Positions 1-14,119 of a DNA stretch of 64,000 nucleotides are shown piece by piece. Below the pieces are notes generated by a model. It was given only the letters and a program-made list of their open reading frames with translations, had not been told where the DNA came from and searched no databases. This stretch comes from Selaginella moellendorffii (taxonomy: Eukaryota; Plantae; Lycopodiophyta): positions 431,393-495,392 of the forward strand of contig NW_003314375.1 of the NCBI RefSeq assembly GCF_000143415.4. Direction: 5' to 3'. A program made the position numbers and the translations under genes. The first letter of the stretch is position 1. The number at the start of each line of letters is the position of its first letter.

Positions 1-319
1 TCGTGGACGGACAGCCCAGTCTTGGAGAGACGGGATTGTGATGCAAGTGGTATTGGACCACCAGTGCGGCAAAGGTGAATGGGCATAGCCTTAACATAAC
101 GGGCCAATATGTCAGTGGTACCTTTGGGTGTTGGTCTTAAGACTGGACACATGGAGCACTTGGACCAAGTGCAAGGGAGGAGTGGCATGGATGCCATTCT
201 CGGGACTAGCAAGTCCCAAGTCCTGAATTAGACTTAAGGAGGTTGTGAATGAGACTCCTCCAAGGGGTCAATGGTGTGGTTAAGTGATGAAAGTAGAATG
301 GAAAATTTAGTCGCTTACA
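1..319 (+). mobile_element. 3' part of an LTR (family C), cut by the window edge
   Basis: Collinear with 14740-15060; ends ...AAAATTTAGTCGCTTACA at 319. Confidence 0.85.
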
Positions 320-2083
320 GTGTTCTTTATGTTTTCATGCTTGTTAACACTTGCTTGCTCTAATTTCTTATCGAAGATTCTTCGAATATTCTGATGTGTA
401 GAATATTCTTCATCTTCAACCTCTTGCCAAGAGGCGGTTATGGAAGATGCTTGGACTTTCTGAAAAGTGGGCAATCACTAGATGTTCGTAGTCTTCAAAC
501 ACTTGGTTTCTAGCATAATTGCCATGCTTCTTGCTGTAGATTTTTGTTGTTTTTCTTCTTTTTAGTTTTGTTTTCTTCTTTTTGTCCCTTTTTGATTTTT
601 CCCTCGATTCTTTACTTTGGCTTCTTCTTTTAGTTGAGGCTAAGGCTTTCAATATTTGTTCTTTGGGTGCTCTTCACTTTGCCTATCCCACTGTGGTCGC
701 CAAAGTGGAGAACTACAAAATCACCTCTACAATGATCTTGTGAATCCTCTCATATCTAAACTAAAACCAAACATAAAAAGGAAAGAAATATTTAGCCATG
801 TGTTGTTGCAAGATGTTGATGCTGAGATTGATGTGCATCTCATAGCCTTGATCCCCAGAAGGCAATGAGTAAGATATGCATGGAAGAGAAGAGTAGATGT
901 TGAGCAAGTGGAGTGTATGTTATTATGGCCAAGGATATAAAAAGACAGAAAGGGGATAGGTCTAGAATGCTATCACCAGCCTATATAACCACTACATGCC
1001 TAGTCATCCAAGTCAAGAATTTAGACCAGGAGAAATTCTGATCTCAATTCCTAACTTAGGAAATGCCTTTGTGCAAAAATCACGATGCTAAAATGCATGT
1101 ACCTTTCTACAAGGCGAGCATGAGGCCATAGCAACATCTTCATCGACATTGGTACCAAGTGAGAACATATGTGATGATGCAGTGGAAGCCTTTGCAACAA
1201 TGCTTTCAGATGGTGATAAGAGCACTTCACAAGTGGTGACAGAGGTGTCTAAGAAAAAAAGAAAACTCCGTACTTTGGCTCCGAAGGCTTTTTCTTGCAA
1301 ACAGGAATGAGTTCTTTGTGTTCTTTGGAAATCACAATGGTCAATTAGATTTGTAAAAATTAACCTATGAAATGTCCCATACATATTACTATTGTAATGC
1401 CTCTAATCTATATCATGTTTTTAATAATTGTTTTAAGCCAATAAAAGAGCAAAACCTGCCGAACCTCAAGACGACCATTCATCGTTTGTATCCAGTCCAT
1501 AATGAAGGATAGCAGCATAGAATGCTCAAATATTACCATTTATCTTACTTCCATTGTCCTTTCTTTTCTTTTATTTTTGTATAAGATCATAGTTTATAGA
1601 TTTAAGATCACAGATCAGATCAGTCTAGAAAAATATACTGTTTCTTTTTTTTTTATGACATAATTTTCATAGAGTGACATGGACATCACTTTTTAAGACT
1701 GTTTCCAGCCACATCAATGCCCAATTCTCAATGTCATAGCAAGCAAGAGATTAAACCATAACATGGCAAGATCGGTGTTAAATCATTCATGAGACAAATC
1801 GAATACACTGAAGCATTAATGTTGGCACGGAACAGCACCATTATTTAATGAATGGTAATTTTTCATATTGGATAAATTAAAAACTCATTCAGAACAATAT
1901 AACTCACTACCTGATTAGGTACATACATACATAGTTTTAATACATGTAATTATTAAAGGTAATCATAACATATATATACATGTTCCTCATACAATATAAT
2001 TGCCTTCTATATGCAGAAATACATTGGGCAGCACATGGGTACATAATTTGTAAGTTAGGTTTTGAAATCAATTCTTAGAGACG

Positions 2084-3070
2084 ATGGGAGACCACATGAG
2101 ATGCATGGTGGATGGCATAAAAAAGATTAAGGACAATTCTACAGATGAGATTGTCCTGTGTATTACAAAGATCGATTCCAAACCTGGAGATTTAGTGGGA
2201 AGATTTTGTGTAACAGATGAGAAGGAATGGTTGGAGGCATTTGGTTCTTATCATGTGTCAAGTGCCATAGACTCTTGGGATGTCTGTGTAAATAGTCTTG
2301 TGAGATTTACTGATTATGGTTTTTATCGTGCCACGCCATTCGTGCTAGACAAGCAACGGGGATGCGAACAAGAGCTTGGTTTCATCTCACGGAGGTATCT
2401 GCGGAAAACCTTGGACCTCTCCAATTTTTCCCTGTCAAACTCATGCTACAGAGTTTCAAGCTCACGTTCAGCCACTAGGCGAGAAGATGTTCGAGGCTAG
2501 AGAAAGCAACGTATTCAACTACAGATACACGCTAGAAGCCTCCATCGATGGGAAACTCTTCCGTGGGCTGCTCTTCTTGTACAAGCTTGGCTTTGCTCAG
2601 GCAGTGCAAACTTACATGGGAAGGTTTGTTTCGTTTGATCCTCAGTTACTCTCTAACGCCAGGAAGGAAAACATCACAGGAGGAAACCACAGGACGTCCA
2701 AAAGGCCGTAGTAAAGGCCAAACCGTGTGTATGCAGCTGCATTGGAGGATTTGGTTGGGTCGCTGACGCAAGGAAAGTTTGCCGACTTTGTGTTGTCCGA
2801 GTCTCCTTTTGGACAGGGCTTTTCCTCAAGTGGTTACATTCGTTGGTGGAAATATTGCCTCCCTGTCTTAAGGCGTTATTCCATAATTATTTGGTCTTTT
2901 AAATATAGCATATTTGCGAGAAGATTAATCATCAAGCAGCTGGTAAAGACCTTCAAATAGATTTATTTGAGGGGCGTGGTTCACCAGGATCTCAAGCTCG
3001 ACAACAGCACAGCGAAGTACATGGCAGCTGAGGTGGTGGAGAACAAGGATTGGAGCTCTACATGGCAGCC
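2084..3070 (+). pseudogene. Chimeric gene-fragment mosaic: unknown exon, kelch-protein C-terminus (2324-2710), protein kinase remnant (~2920-3060)
   Basis: 2324-2653 duplicates 18190-18518 (FEAR..FNYRYTLEASIDGKLFRGLLF). Kinase motifs RGVVHQDLKLDN and TAKYMAAEV are directly joined. Frameshifts and stops present. Confidence 0.7.
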
Positions 3071-4039
3071 TACTCTACTTTCTTACAGACAAAGCCATGA
3101 ACTGTTTTTAAAAAAGCCATTTCTGAAGGAATAAGACAGCATTAAATAAACTGTTGTGCGTGTTTATAGACACAACTTTGAAGCCATGAGCTTGGTTTGA
3201 TTCGGTACATGATATTTGTACATTAACTCAGGGCATAGAAATGATTTCTGTGTTTGATTATATGTCATTCCAGATCACGATCCTAAAAAACGCTTAAAAC
3301 ATTCAAAAGGAAGCGTGCAGGCAGAAAACAGTTCAGAAGAGTGATCTGCACATACAAGAATCTCTATTCTATTGTGCTATTGCTATGTTTGCTTGAATAT
3401 AAAACAGAAAAAAAACCAAAAAAACTTATCGATAAGAAACTGCATTGTTGCGTGACGAGCTAAACAGAACTAACACCTACCAAAGCTATTCTACTTTGCT
3501 GAAACTACTAGCCTATTATACAAATTGAAATAACTAGCTGGAAATGGGCCGCAAAAGAAAGCAGAAAACTATGGATGCCATTTTAGAAGGGGATGTAATT
3601 GTAGCAAATGCTACTGGAAATCAAGAACTCATACCGTTTACCACTAGTGGAGATTTGTTTGGAAACTAATATGGGCAAAAACAATGCTTGCAACAATGCT
3701 TGCAGAATATGATGTTATGCCAATTGGCACCACCCATGGATTTGTCAAAAATTGCAGCATTAAGATCAACAAGCTGTGAAGGAGTGGTGTAAAAAAGAGT
3801 GCTCCTGGCCTTGAGAACGACTTGGGCATGAAGAAAGTTCGAGCGGCTTAAAAGAAAATGCCAGCAGTAAGTTCCTATTTCCTTTTCACCATTTCTAACT
3901 TCATTTGCTTGCATTTTTCTTTTTTGATGAAAAAAAGTTGGAACAAAAAGGAAAGCAAGGGAGTTGAAATGTAAAGAAAGAATTGTAAAACGTTTATTGA
4001 TATATAAATAAAGACCAAAGTTGAATCGAGATCTTTCAC

Positions 4040-6639
4040 TAATCATCCAATATATTTAAACTAAAGAGCCTCATTGATCATTGCAGTAGGTGGCCCTAAT
4101 TATTTTAATCTATATATATAAATTTAATATAATATTGGAAGTTTCAAACCAAATAATGAAAAATATGCACCTTATTCACAATGAAATATTTTAGAATACT
4201 GCTCAAGAAACGGAAATAAAAATAAAAAAACAAACATAATTATAAATGCAATGAGCAACTAATGGGTGGTCTTGATAAATTATTAAAAGAGATAAATCCC
4301 TATGCTAATGCATTCAAAAAATGGTAAGAAATAGAGAATGAAGAGTTAAATTCAACAAATATTCAAGGAGGCATAAGTTATATTGTAATACATATAAAAG
4401 GCAATTGGACAACTGATCCAAGATGATATAATGCACTAGGTTCAAATGATTTTAAACATTTAGTTGTACAAAGATGGTATTCATTGATGAAGTTTTTTAT
4501 TATGTCTACTATATATGATATTTTTAAAGCAAAAAATATGTTCAATATGTCTAAAAATATAGTATAGAATCAATGAAAGACTCCTTCTTCTAGAACAAAA
4601 ACTTTATAGAACAAAGAGTATCTAATGAATTCAAAAGTTAAAAGTAAATAAAGTAGTGACAATAGAAATGATATATTTTATAACTTAAAATAGAAGAGTT
4701 GAATAGCTCCAGCTATTATATCTTGTAAATAAGTTATACTTTTATCATAATCTTATGATTTATAACTTTATGATTTTGCATAAATATGAGACTATATCTG
4801 AGTTCATAGAAAACTTAATATGAGTAGATTCATTGATAAATATCTAATAAGTTTGTTATTTTCACTAATAATTTATCTATTGATACATGGAAAACAGATA
4901 ACTAAAATATCATTGAGACAACATTAGACACAATACAAAAGGCTACCATCTTAAAAAATGTGATTCATCATCACTTAAAATTTTATTATTAATAAAGCAA
5001 TCTATGGACCATTTTTTCATTTTCTGATATGTTATGGTTTTAGGAAAAAAGAATATTATGAATCATCAATACCATAATATCAGGATAAAAACATACCTTT
5101 CATTGAAAGATTTTAGTCTCATTGTAAATTTATATAAAAATAAATTAAACATAAAGGTAATAATCTTAATTCATTTTAGCATTCTCTCTATATAAAAACA
5201 TATACAGAAAGAATCTTAATGATATAAAATATAATACTTTAACTTTTAGATAGTACTTCTAAAAAGTATGATATTTTGAAGGGATAGGATATGGAATACA
5301 AATATGGAAAAAAATTCTAAAATAAAAATATAATGTAATTTTAGAGAATAAGTTTAAATTAATTTTAAAAAATACTAAATACAATAATTAAAAAATAAAA
5401 TATCTAAATTAGGATATAAATAAAATATTCTCTATAAAAATATGATATTTTATAACTTAAAATAGCCGAGTTAATAGTTATAGATATATGTTGTGCCTAA
5501 TATTTTCTTATTAGTAACCTTAGAGGTGTCCTAAGAGGTAGCCAAAGATTTATATAATATCATAAATTTTCTACTCCTTTATCCTACATGGCATTTATAC
5601 ATGAAAAACTTAATAAGGTATAAATATGATTGAGACAACATTAGTACATGGACCATATAAAGAAATTTAATTATATTACATTAAACCTTCTATATACCAT
5701 TCATAAATTTTTTGATATATTATAGTTCTAGCATAAAGAAAAGTTTATATATCATCAAACCCTCCTCTACCCCAGTATAGAGTAAAACATTACCATTCAT
5801 TTATCATCATAAAATTTCAGCATTCATAACAGTGTTATAAAGCCTTAATTTTAAATATAAATACATGAATATAATGAGATAATAATATTATTTCAGATTT
5901 ATAAAAATAACTACAGAAATAATGTTTATGATATATAATAGAATACTTTCTATTTTAAATATTACTCTCAAAATGCATGAATATAAATATTAGGTAAAAA
6001 TGGAATATCAATGATAAATATGTAAAATATTATAATTTTATAAAAGAAAATATAACACATAAAGCTAACATCTTTCACTTATTATCATGCAATTCCAAAA
6101 CTTTCAGTCTGAAATGATGAAAAGAGAAACTCCATAATAATGTTTATATTTTTTTAATTTAAAAGATATATACACTTTAGCTGAGTTTTTAAATATATAT
6201 TAAATATAATTTTAACATAATTATATTTGAGTGTAGTGAAGTAACACATACTTTATTAGGAGGAAAAATTATAGAGTTTAATAAATCATCAAATAATAAT
6301 ATTTTATCAATTATATAGAGATTTCAAATAAAAGAAAAAATTAGCTATTAAACAAATGACTCATCTGGCCATGGGATGAGAAATTCCATTTATCAAATAT
6401 CCAAGACTTCACTCACCAATATGATATAATGTACTGAGTTATATTTTTTATGTTATGATGTGTGTTGGTGATAGAATCAATTGTAGAAGAGATTTTTAAT
6501 ATAAAGATTATGTTATGTTTAACTATATATCTTATAATTATGATTATGTTAAAATTACAATTACACTTACAACTCTTTGAAATTATTAAAATATCAATAA
6601 TAAAGACAATGCTCCCAGCGTAGCTGGGACTTTTGCTAG
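4040..6639 (+). mobile_element. Degenerate Helitron (Rep N-terminal remnants, AT-rich body, 3' terminus)
   Basis: INPYANAFK (~4292) and TDPR*YNALGSND (~4412) resemble the Helitron Rep N-terminal motif DPRRYNxP; ends in hairpin+CTAG; left boundary approximate. Confidence 0.7.
6613..6639 (+). terminator. Helitron 3' terminus (hairpin + CTAG)
   Basis: TCCCAGC-GTA-GCTGGGA stem-loop, 6-nt spacer, CTAG 6636-6639, followed by T. Confidence 0.9.
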
Positions 6640-6850
6640 TACTCCCTTATTTAAACGTGCTATTGGCATATGGCATCCGGCATCTTTTATTCCATTTTTA
6701 GAATATTATTTCTGAATATGCTTATAATCTAATGGCTGAAATTCAAAAACTTCAAATAGATGGCATGGATGAAGTGCTAAAGGGGTGGCAACGCTTCAAT
6801 TAATGACGCTCCAAATCAAGTGAAATTTTTTAGGGCAATCGGGCAAATTC
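6640..6850 (+). mobile_element. Helitron 5'-terminal repeat (family starts TCATACTCCCTT..., here lacking TCA)
   Basis: ~200 bp homologous to 47131-47360, 35058-35150 and the reverse complement of 45165-45303. Confidence 0.75.
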
Positions 6851-7470
6851 ATACAGGACAAGCTGCCTTTGGTGGGTGTGTGCATACCCTTTGCGAAAGC
6901 CAGGATCGTGGATTGCTCATCGCTATTCGCGACACACGCACCTTGCCTGGGACAGGTCAAAGGTGGACAGTCTGAAGAACACAAGCTCCAGCTCCATGAT
7001 GACTTCCCCACTGGCAACCACTCCTGTTCGCCACATTTTCTGTGCCATACAGTCTTGTTGAAGGAAGGATATTTATACTCACTCAGTGGTCATGTCATTG
7101 TTTGAAATGACTTTGGAAGATCAAGAGACTGCGATGGTCTTTCATAGATTATTGCAAACCCAAGGTGCAAAAAAACCTTTGTCGTTGTTTTGTCTCTAAA
7201 CATTTTTGCTGTGTGCAGGCCGGATCCTCGCCCCTGTATTTCCCATCCGGCCAGATTCCAAAGTCTCTGCAAGCCTCAAACGTTCTCCAGGAGCTGGCTG
7301 TGCGGTGGAAGAAGCGACGCATCCACAAACTCCATGGTTTCATGTGACTCCATGAACATGTCAAGGATGTGTCCAAGCTTGCTAAGTGCAACATGCTGCA
7401 TGCGCTATTGGTGAACAACCGATCAAGGTAGATTTAAAATTCTTTACTTTTTTCTGAAGACAATTTGCAG

Positions 7471-8145
7471 GGACTGCTGAATGCTGCAGCTATGGCTAGG
7501 CTGGCGCTTGGAGAAGCTTTGACGAATCTTGTTTGGGCTAAGGTACTCTCATCTTAATTGTGTTTACACACCTTATGATCTGTTTAACTTTGCAGGTTGA
7601 ACTTGATTCCGAAATATATGTACAATCCTGCTGTTGCTCTTCGTGACACTGTGATCGAGCTTGAGGTTGCAATAGAAGGTGGAAAGGACAGCTTGTCAAT
7701 GGCTGTTCAAGCAGGTGGTGAAACTGTCAAGGCACTTGCGAATCTCGTCATTAGTCGTATGTGACTTGTCCAGACATTACGCTCATCGTCACCCCTGATT
7801 TGAAGGTACTGAAATTCATATCCTTTCATTCAAATCTGATTACTTGCTTCTTCCAGATTGGAGAGGAAGTTGTTCTTTTGTTGGGACTGGCAAAGGTCGT
7901 CTAGGAGGTTTTGCACTGGCCCAATTTTTTTATCAGGTCAGACAAACTGTGGTTTTCTTTCCTTGCTAGCTTCCACTATGCGGATTAGTGATACTTGCCT
8001 GGACGTTGAAATATTTAAAACGTGCCTTCAATGCGACACAGGTGATCATGTCATTCATCGGTTTTCTTTTTTAAACAATCTGGATTTTTCTGCGGACAGA
8101 CCTTATTGGCAAGAAACTTATTTCTGCAGGACATGATATCAGAGT
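7471..8145 (+). pseudogene. Fragment of phosphoribosylformylglycinamidine (FGAM) synthase, PurL/PUR4-like, introns retained
   Basis: Exons give GLLNAAAMARLALGEALTNLVWAK and IELEVAIEGGKDSLSMAVQAGGETVKALANLVIS..VTCPDITLIVTPDLK; frameshifted and partial. Confidence 0.85.
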
Positions 8146-8189
8146 TATAGTTTCATTGCTATAGGTTCATAGTTTCATTGTCTTTGCGA

Positions 8190-8935
8190 GAAATTATGGC
8201 ATTGAAGTAGACATTCGGACACTCTAAGCATATCCATGGGAGGAGCTATTGCTACAGAAGTCGGGGATGAGACCACTGAACCATTAGAATCAGAAACAGA
8301 TCAAGCATCAACTTAAATGCAGTCAAAGACGTGTTCACAACCTTGAGCTTCAGGTAACCTCTATCCCTGCTTCATTGTAAGAGAGCGCCAGTGCTGAGAA
8401 TTTCTTCTGTAACTTTTCCACCCCATACACCAGGGATGCATGAAGAACTGGGCATTTCAAGCTTTTTACACTATGCAGAAAGGAATCATACTATTCAACC
8501 AGAAGCCTTGCATGAGTATTGATTTCCTTATAAAAGCCAAGAAGTGGAGAAAATTCCTGAAGAGGTTGCCAGGTTCCTCCTGAGTGCCACAGGTCTCAAC
8601 AGAGGCAGGATCCGAGTTGGCAACGTAAAATCTGGCTGGAAAATTATGGTTATGGTAACAAAGTTTTGAGTAATTTTGGACAAGGTATCAATGCTTTATC
8701 AATTACAGATTTTTATTACTGCTGCAACAGATAGAGATAGCGGCATTATGCATCTTGCATTTGAACTGGTGGAGAAAGTTGCCAGAAATAACTTTCAACA
8801 CATTACTGAAACCAAGAACACAAAATTCACAGACTGTGAATGGCATTCTTGCGTTCATAAGAAAACAAGTTTAGTGACGATATCAGCCTCAACACTCTCG
8901 CTTTTCTGCGTTTTTGCGCCTTGGTGAAGGAGAGC
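8190..8935 (+). pseudogene. Fragments of a BIG-type ARF-GEF (Sec7 start joined to HDS1 region)
   Basis: QRRVHNLELQ / KGIILFNQKP..IDFLIKAKK..PEEVARFLLSATGLN, then directly NVKSGWKIM / IFITAATD..HLAFELVEK..FQHITET..FTDC; large internal deletion. Confidence 0.85.
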
Positions 8936-11542
8936 TCAGTACTTTCAGATAGTAACAAACACCAAGTTGTTCTGTGCGACTTCATTGGAATCATCAAAAG
9001 ACAGCAATCAGTGATTTTGAGAAGTAAGTTTGTTATTACTCTTGTTACCACAGGCTGACAATTCATTCAGATGAGATTGTCAGTAAATTGTCATAACAAC
9101 CAACGAGTTTATATGCCCAAGCAGACGTGTTTGCTTGGTCATTAAGGAATCTCTCGCAGTCTAAATGTTTCTTTCTTCATATCCCCAAGGAACCTTGAGC
9201 AGAAGGTGTTCTGGATTATTAGATTCTTCATAGAGTAAGTTCCTGAAGGTTCATTCCTTGCAGCTCTACAGTTACCTTGTTCTTGCAGACTTTCACAGGC
9301 AACCGTCCATCCCTAAGTGTGCTGTATTATAGATCCAGATTACAAATGATCAAATCCAGATTTTGATTTGATATCAAGTGATGTTATCAAATTATCATCT
9401 ATGTGCTGTTATCTTCAAAGATGTAGGCAATAACAGCATCAATGCAGGGAAGAATGCTGTATCCGCCATATGTGTATAAGTTTTGGAAAGCATTGCCATA
9501 GTTGCTCAAGAAAGAGAAAGAGATTGAAAAACACTAGAGGAAAAACTCATGCATATGTACCATCATTCCCGCCCAGCAAGTGGTAAATCTGAGAGAAAAG
9601 CTTTCACACTTCCACTGGGACCAAGTATGGAAGTAAAAAAAACAATTTTTTTTTATGATCTAGAGCTACATGCTAACGATGAAATTCACGCCTTGCTGTG
9701 TCAGACAAATGACCCAACCTGCGTAGTATCAAACTTGTAAGAAATGAGTACTACTTACATGAACAACCCCTGAAAATCAGTGTTGGCAAGGATGCATTCA
9801 TGTCCCAGGCAATCTATGAGAAGATCCTCTGGTGTTTCAATCCCACAAACAGCAACAACAACCAGACAACCAACTTGAGTTCCTTCAACTCAATCACGAA
9901 GTAGACTGTCTCTCAGTTTCTCCGAGTGACCAAGTCAGCTTGCAGGGAGACTTGTGATGCTGCAAATATTAAACCTGGTGAATCAATCCTTTTAAGAGTG
10001 CCTTGGCTGGGAATTGAGTAAGCATGTGCATGGCCTTGCCACCAGTTTTCACCATCTATGCTCAGGTTACTACAAGCAAAAGCTTTGTTAACTTCTTCTC
10101 AGAGATGAAAGAAAAACTCGAGCTACCTTCTGCAGTTCCATAAGCTAAGGAGTCCTTTCTGGTACATCCAATCACATGAAGTTCCTTGGGTAAAAAATTG
10201 ATAGCATAGACTGATTTTGTTTTTGAGTTGTATTTGTTATTATCAGAGATTCAACAGCTGAAAGGGTGCTAAATCTTATCAAGTGGTGGGCTGTTCAATG
10301 AGAACGATAAAAATTAAAAATAGTAGAGAAAAAGGAGAAACCACATGTCATACAAATAGCAGATAGCTTAAAAACATAAAAGTTAGAATTTATGCTAGGG
10401 TCCTCTCATGATAAATTTAAATGATGATGTAAAATGTTTTTAAAAATTTCACAATAATCTTAATAAATGCAAATAATACAGCTTTTTAATTATTAATAAC
10501 GTAGCTACTGAATAGTTATATTACTATTGCAGTAAAATTAATGGCATGCATTGGAAATTGGGATTAGAGCAGTAACAAAAAATTTGGAATTTTGTCACAC
10601 ATGATGACATTTTGACCCTTCTATGACAATACAAGTTTACTTCTTCTTTTAAACAAATAAACTCCATTATATCACTCACCACTATAGTGTTCAGAAAATG
10701 CTAATAATAATCACTATTTTACAATACAATGATAATAATAAAAATAGAGAATATATATATATAAATATAATGAAACAAAAAATTCTTGAGGATATCTTAG
10801 AATATCATTATTTTTAATATCTTTATAAATAAGAATAATGTTATAAATCATTTTTAGTCTTCAATATTAGCATTTTCCACAAAATCCATGTTATATGTAT
10901 GTATGTTATATGTTCTTTCTATATTTCATTCTATAGTATTATAATCTATTTATTTTATATTAATCTTATATTTTAGGTCAAGTTCAAAAAGAATTTTACA
11001 TGATTTTCTTAAACATTCTAAGTCCACTTACAATATCAATTTTTTCCAACTTTTATAAAATATATGCATAAAAATAAAATTCACAAAAGACTTCCAGAGG
11101 TGTTGGATTTGGGACTTCTGGACTAGGGAATTCGTGATTTACCAAGACTTGATATATGGGAATATCCCTATACCCATGATCTTCAAGACAGTGCTCCACA
11201 CAAAGGAAGCCTTTAGTTCAAACTATGGATTTTGATAAAGTATGGTACCTACAAAAATGGCCCCAAAATTCCAAAATTCCAAGCAAGGGCCTCAAGAAAT
11301 TGACCACACAATACAAGAGAAGTTCCTGAATGTTGGAGACTATCCTGGAATAGAAAAAAAACTTCTTTAGACAATCACTGTTCTGTGAGGTGACCAAAAA
11401 GCCGAAAAGAAGTGCATTGAGGATGATCTTTGATCAACAGGTTCTGTGAAGAACCAGCAGCAGCTGTGGTTGTGACACCTCTGTAACCTCAGCATATGCC
11501 ACCACCACTGCAGTACCAGCAAGTAGCCTTTCGACCATACTG

Positions 11543-11606
11543 TCCGTATGATCCGTTTCATAAACATAAGCTTTTCCGTATGATCCGTCTCATAAACATA
11601 AGCTTT
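11543..11606. repeat. 32-bp tandem duplication
   Basis: TCCGTATGATCCGT(T/C)TCATAAACATAAGCTTT x2. Confidence 0.9.
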
Positions 11607-11899
11607 TATCACCTTTTAGGGCGCGTGTTTGTTCTGACTGTGTGATCTCACAGGTTGAAGATGATTATGTGCACGAGATTCTAGCGGCAAAAGCTGTATG
11701 AGATCCCCATCTATGCAGGAGAACAAGGTAAAAACAAAGAAAAACTCGATCAGTTTTTGTTCCTCATTCGTTTGCTTTTCTTCCATGCAGGCGCTCCAAA
11801 GTTCTCACAATCGATCTTCAACACTAGATCCCATGGTGAAAACTCTTAATTTGTTTCCAACCAAAGACTTTTTGGGAGCATTAACAATTTAATCTTTTG

Positions 11900-12290
11900 A
11901 AAGAGCTATAACTAGCTCTTGAACACCTCATCTAGTTATCCCACTTGTTCATCCATGTTTATTCTAGCTTTGGACTCCTCAATGTCATATCATCACCCAC
12001 CATATAAGTATAACCTTCCTTTGCCACATTGGTTTCCTTAGAGTCCTTCTACTATCCCATAGGAATTTACCACACCTCCTAGACTCTTGGAGATGATCTC
12101 TTTAGGATTTCACCCCCTAGATATATCTAGCCTCAAATATATTAGGCCCTTAGATATATCAGGCCTTAAGTCTATTTAGCTCTAGATCAACCCTTTAAGT
12201 TATTAGTGGAATGAGATGGTTATGGTATTGTTCTACTTCAATAGCTAAGTTTTGGGACTTTGGTCTTGACACTTCAATGTATCACATCAC
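11900..12290 (-). mobile_element. Degenerate LTR fragment related to family C
   Basis: Reverse complement of ~11930-12075 resembles 48850-49015; boundaries approximate. Confidence 0.55.
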
Positions 12291-12733
12291 TGCAAGGAAC
12301 CAACTTCTTGAGGTGTCGAAGGCTAAAGGATCCCCGAAAGCATGACCAAAATAATAAAGAGTTCATCGGATGAGTCTGAGTCTGAGATTAAGTCTGAGAC
12401 TGACTCTAAGACCGAGTTCAAAACTAAGTCGAGAGATGAGATCGAGTTTGAGACCGCCTCTGAGACCAAGTGCAAGACTAAGTCCGAGATCCAAGATTGG
12501 GTCCGAGACTGAGTCCAAGATCAAGTCCGAGACAGTGTGAGACACAAAATCCCTAGTCCCCAAAGTGGAGCCGGAAGGGTGCCACATGGTAGTGGCCGAA
12601 GCAAAAGCCAAATGAGCGTAACACGTTTGGACCAAAAGCCCCAACTTGAAAGGTCGAAAGCGGGAATGGAACTCCCAACGAAGTGCTCGAGAAACAAGCA
12701 CGAAGTGAGCAATAAGTGAGTCTTTAGAAAAGG

Positions 12734-13172
12734 GACCCGAGATGGGTCCAAGATAGAGTCTGAGATGGAGTCCAAGATGGACCCGAGATGGAGTCCGAGA
12801 TGGACCCAAGATGGACCCAAGATGGACCCGAGATGGAGTTTGAGATGGACCCGAGATGGAGTTTGAGATGGACCTGAGATGGACCCGAGATGGAGTCTAA
12901 GATGGACCCCAGATGGAGTCCGAGATGGACCCAAGATGGAGTCCAAGATGGACCCAAGATGGAGTCCGAGATGGACCCGAGATGGAGTCCAAGATGGACC
13001 CGAGATGGAGTTCGAGATGGACCCGAGATGGAGTTCGAGATGGAGTCCGAGATGGACCCGAGATGGAGTCTGAGATGGAAACGAGACCGAGACTGAGATT
13101 GAGACTGAGTTCGAGTCCGAGTCCGAGTCCGAAACTGGGACCGGGACTGAGTTTGAGTCCGAGTCCGAGTCC
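12734..13172. repeat. Minisatellite of 11/12-nt units (GATGGACCCGA / GATGGAGTCCGA) followed by GAGTCC hexamers, inside LTR-C
   Basis: Directly visible periodicity; source of the spurious MDPRWS/HLGLH ORFs. Confidence 0.9.
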
Positions 13173-13220
13173 AAATACTAATATAGGCTGTTGGGCAAAA
13201 TCCCAAAGTGATCGTCCCCC

Positions 13221-13488
13221 CGGGGGGGCCGGAAGGGGGGGGGGGGGGGGGTACGGGGGGGGGGGGGGGGGCGGTGGGGGTCTCGGGGGGGGGGGGGGGG
13301 GGGGTGGGGGGCGGGGGGGGGGGGGGGGATATGGGCGGGGGGCGGGCGGTGGGGGGGGGGGGGGGGGGGGTCAACTGGGGGGGACGGGGCGGGAGGGTTG
13401 GGGGGGGGGGGGGGGTAGGGGAGCTGGAAGAACCCAAGCCAATACCAAAATCGGGGGGGGGGGGGGGGGGGGGGGCGGCTACGGGGGG
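13221..13488 (+). repeat. Extreme poly-G tract (G-quadruplex potential) in LTR-C
   Basis: Many long G runs, several over 15 nt. Confidence 0.8.
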
Positions 13489-14119
13489 TTCCCAAAGGGT
13501 TAATAGGGAGAGTGTGGGGGTTGGAGCCTAGTGGAGCCAGTTTGGCCAGGAAAGGTTAGTTTGGCCAAGAAAGGCTAGTTTGGCCCAAGAAGGCCATACC
13601 CAATGTTGGGTGATGAGCTAACCACTAGGAAGTCCAAAACTAAAGTGAATACAGACCAACAAGCGGGGTAGCTTAGTGAAGTGTTCAAGAGTCGGCTCTA
13701 GTTCCCCCGAGAGATCAAATGGTCAATGCTCCCAGTCCAAGTGTGGGTGGCACTACCTACTTAGATACCTGGCATGGCTCAACAGAACCTCGCTCTAAGC
13801 CCATGGCTAGAGCACCCAAAGGCAGAAGGCGGGGAGAGTACCCACGAAGCTCACGTAAGGCCATGGTGTTCTGAAATGTTGCCCCAAAGTCCCAGACTAT
13901 GAAAAGAAAGAGGAGCTGTCTTCTAGTATAAAGACCAAAGATACGGTCATATAAGGAGGAAGCCCTAGAGGACCATGGGACTTAATGTTCAGGCTTGTGG
14001 GCCTTGATCCAGTGGTAGTGTTGGCAAACACGGCCATGGACATAAAGGGACTTGGTGAGGACTGGAAAAGGGATATTGGGGAAGGCTAATCCCCATATTT
14101 ATGGGCATCCTAAGGATGC

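Noticed and set aside
416-652. Lysine-rich histone-like ORF
   Set aside because: Derived from a T-rich low-complexity tract with no recognisable domain
12734-13172. CRISPR-like array
   Set aside because: Abutting 11/12-nt units with no unique spacers or cas genes, in a eukaryotic LTR
12363-13531. Proline- or glycine-rich (extensin-like) and MDPRWS-repeat ORFs
   Set aside because: They are translations of the LTR minisatellite and poly-G tract, open in several frames on both strands
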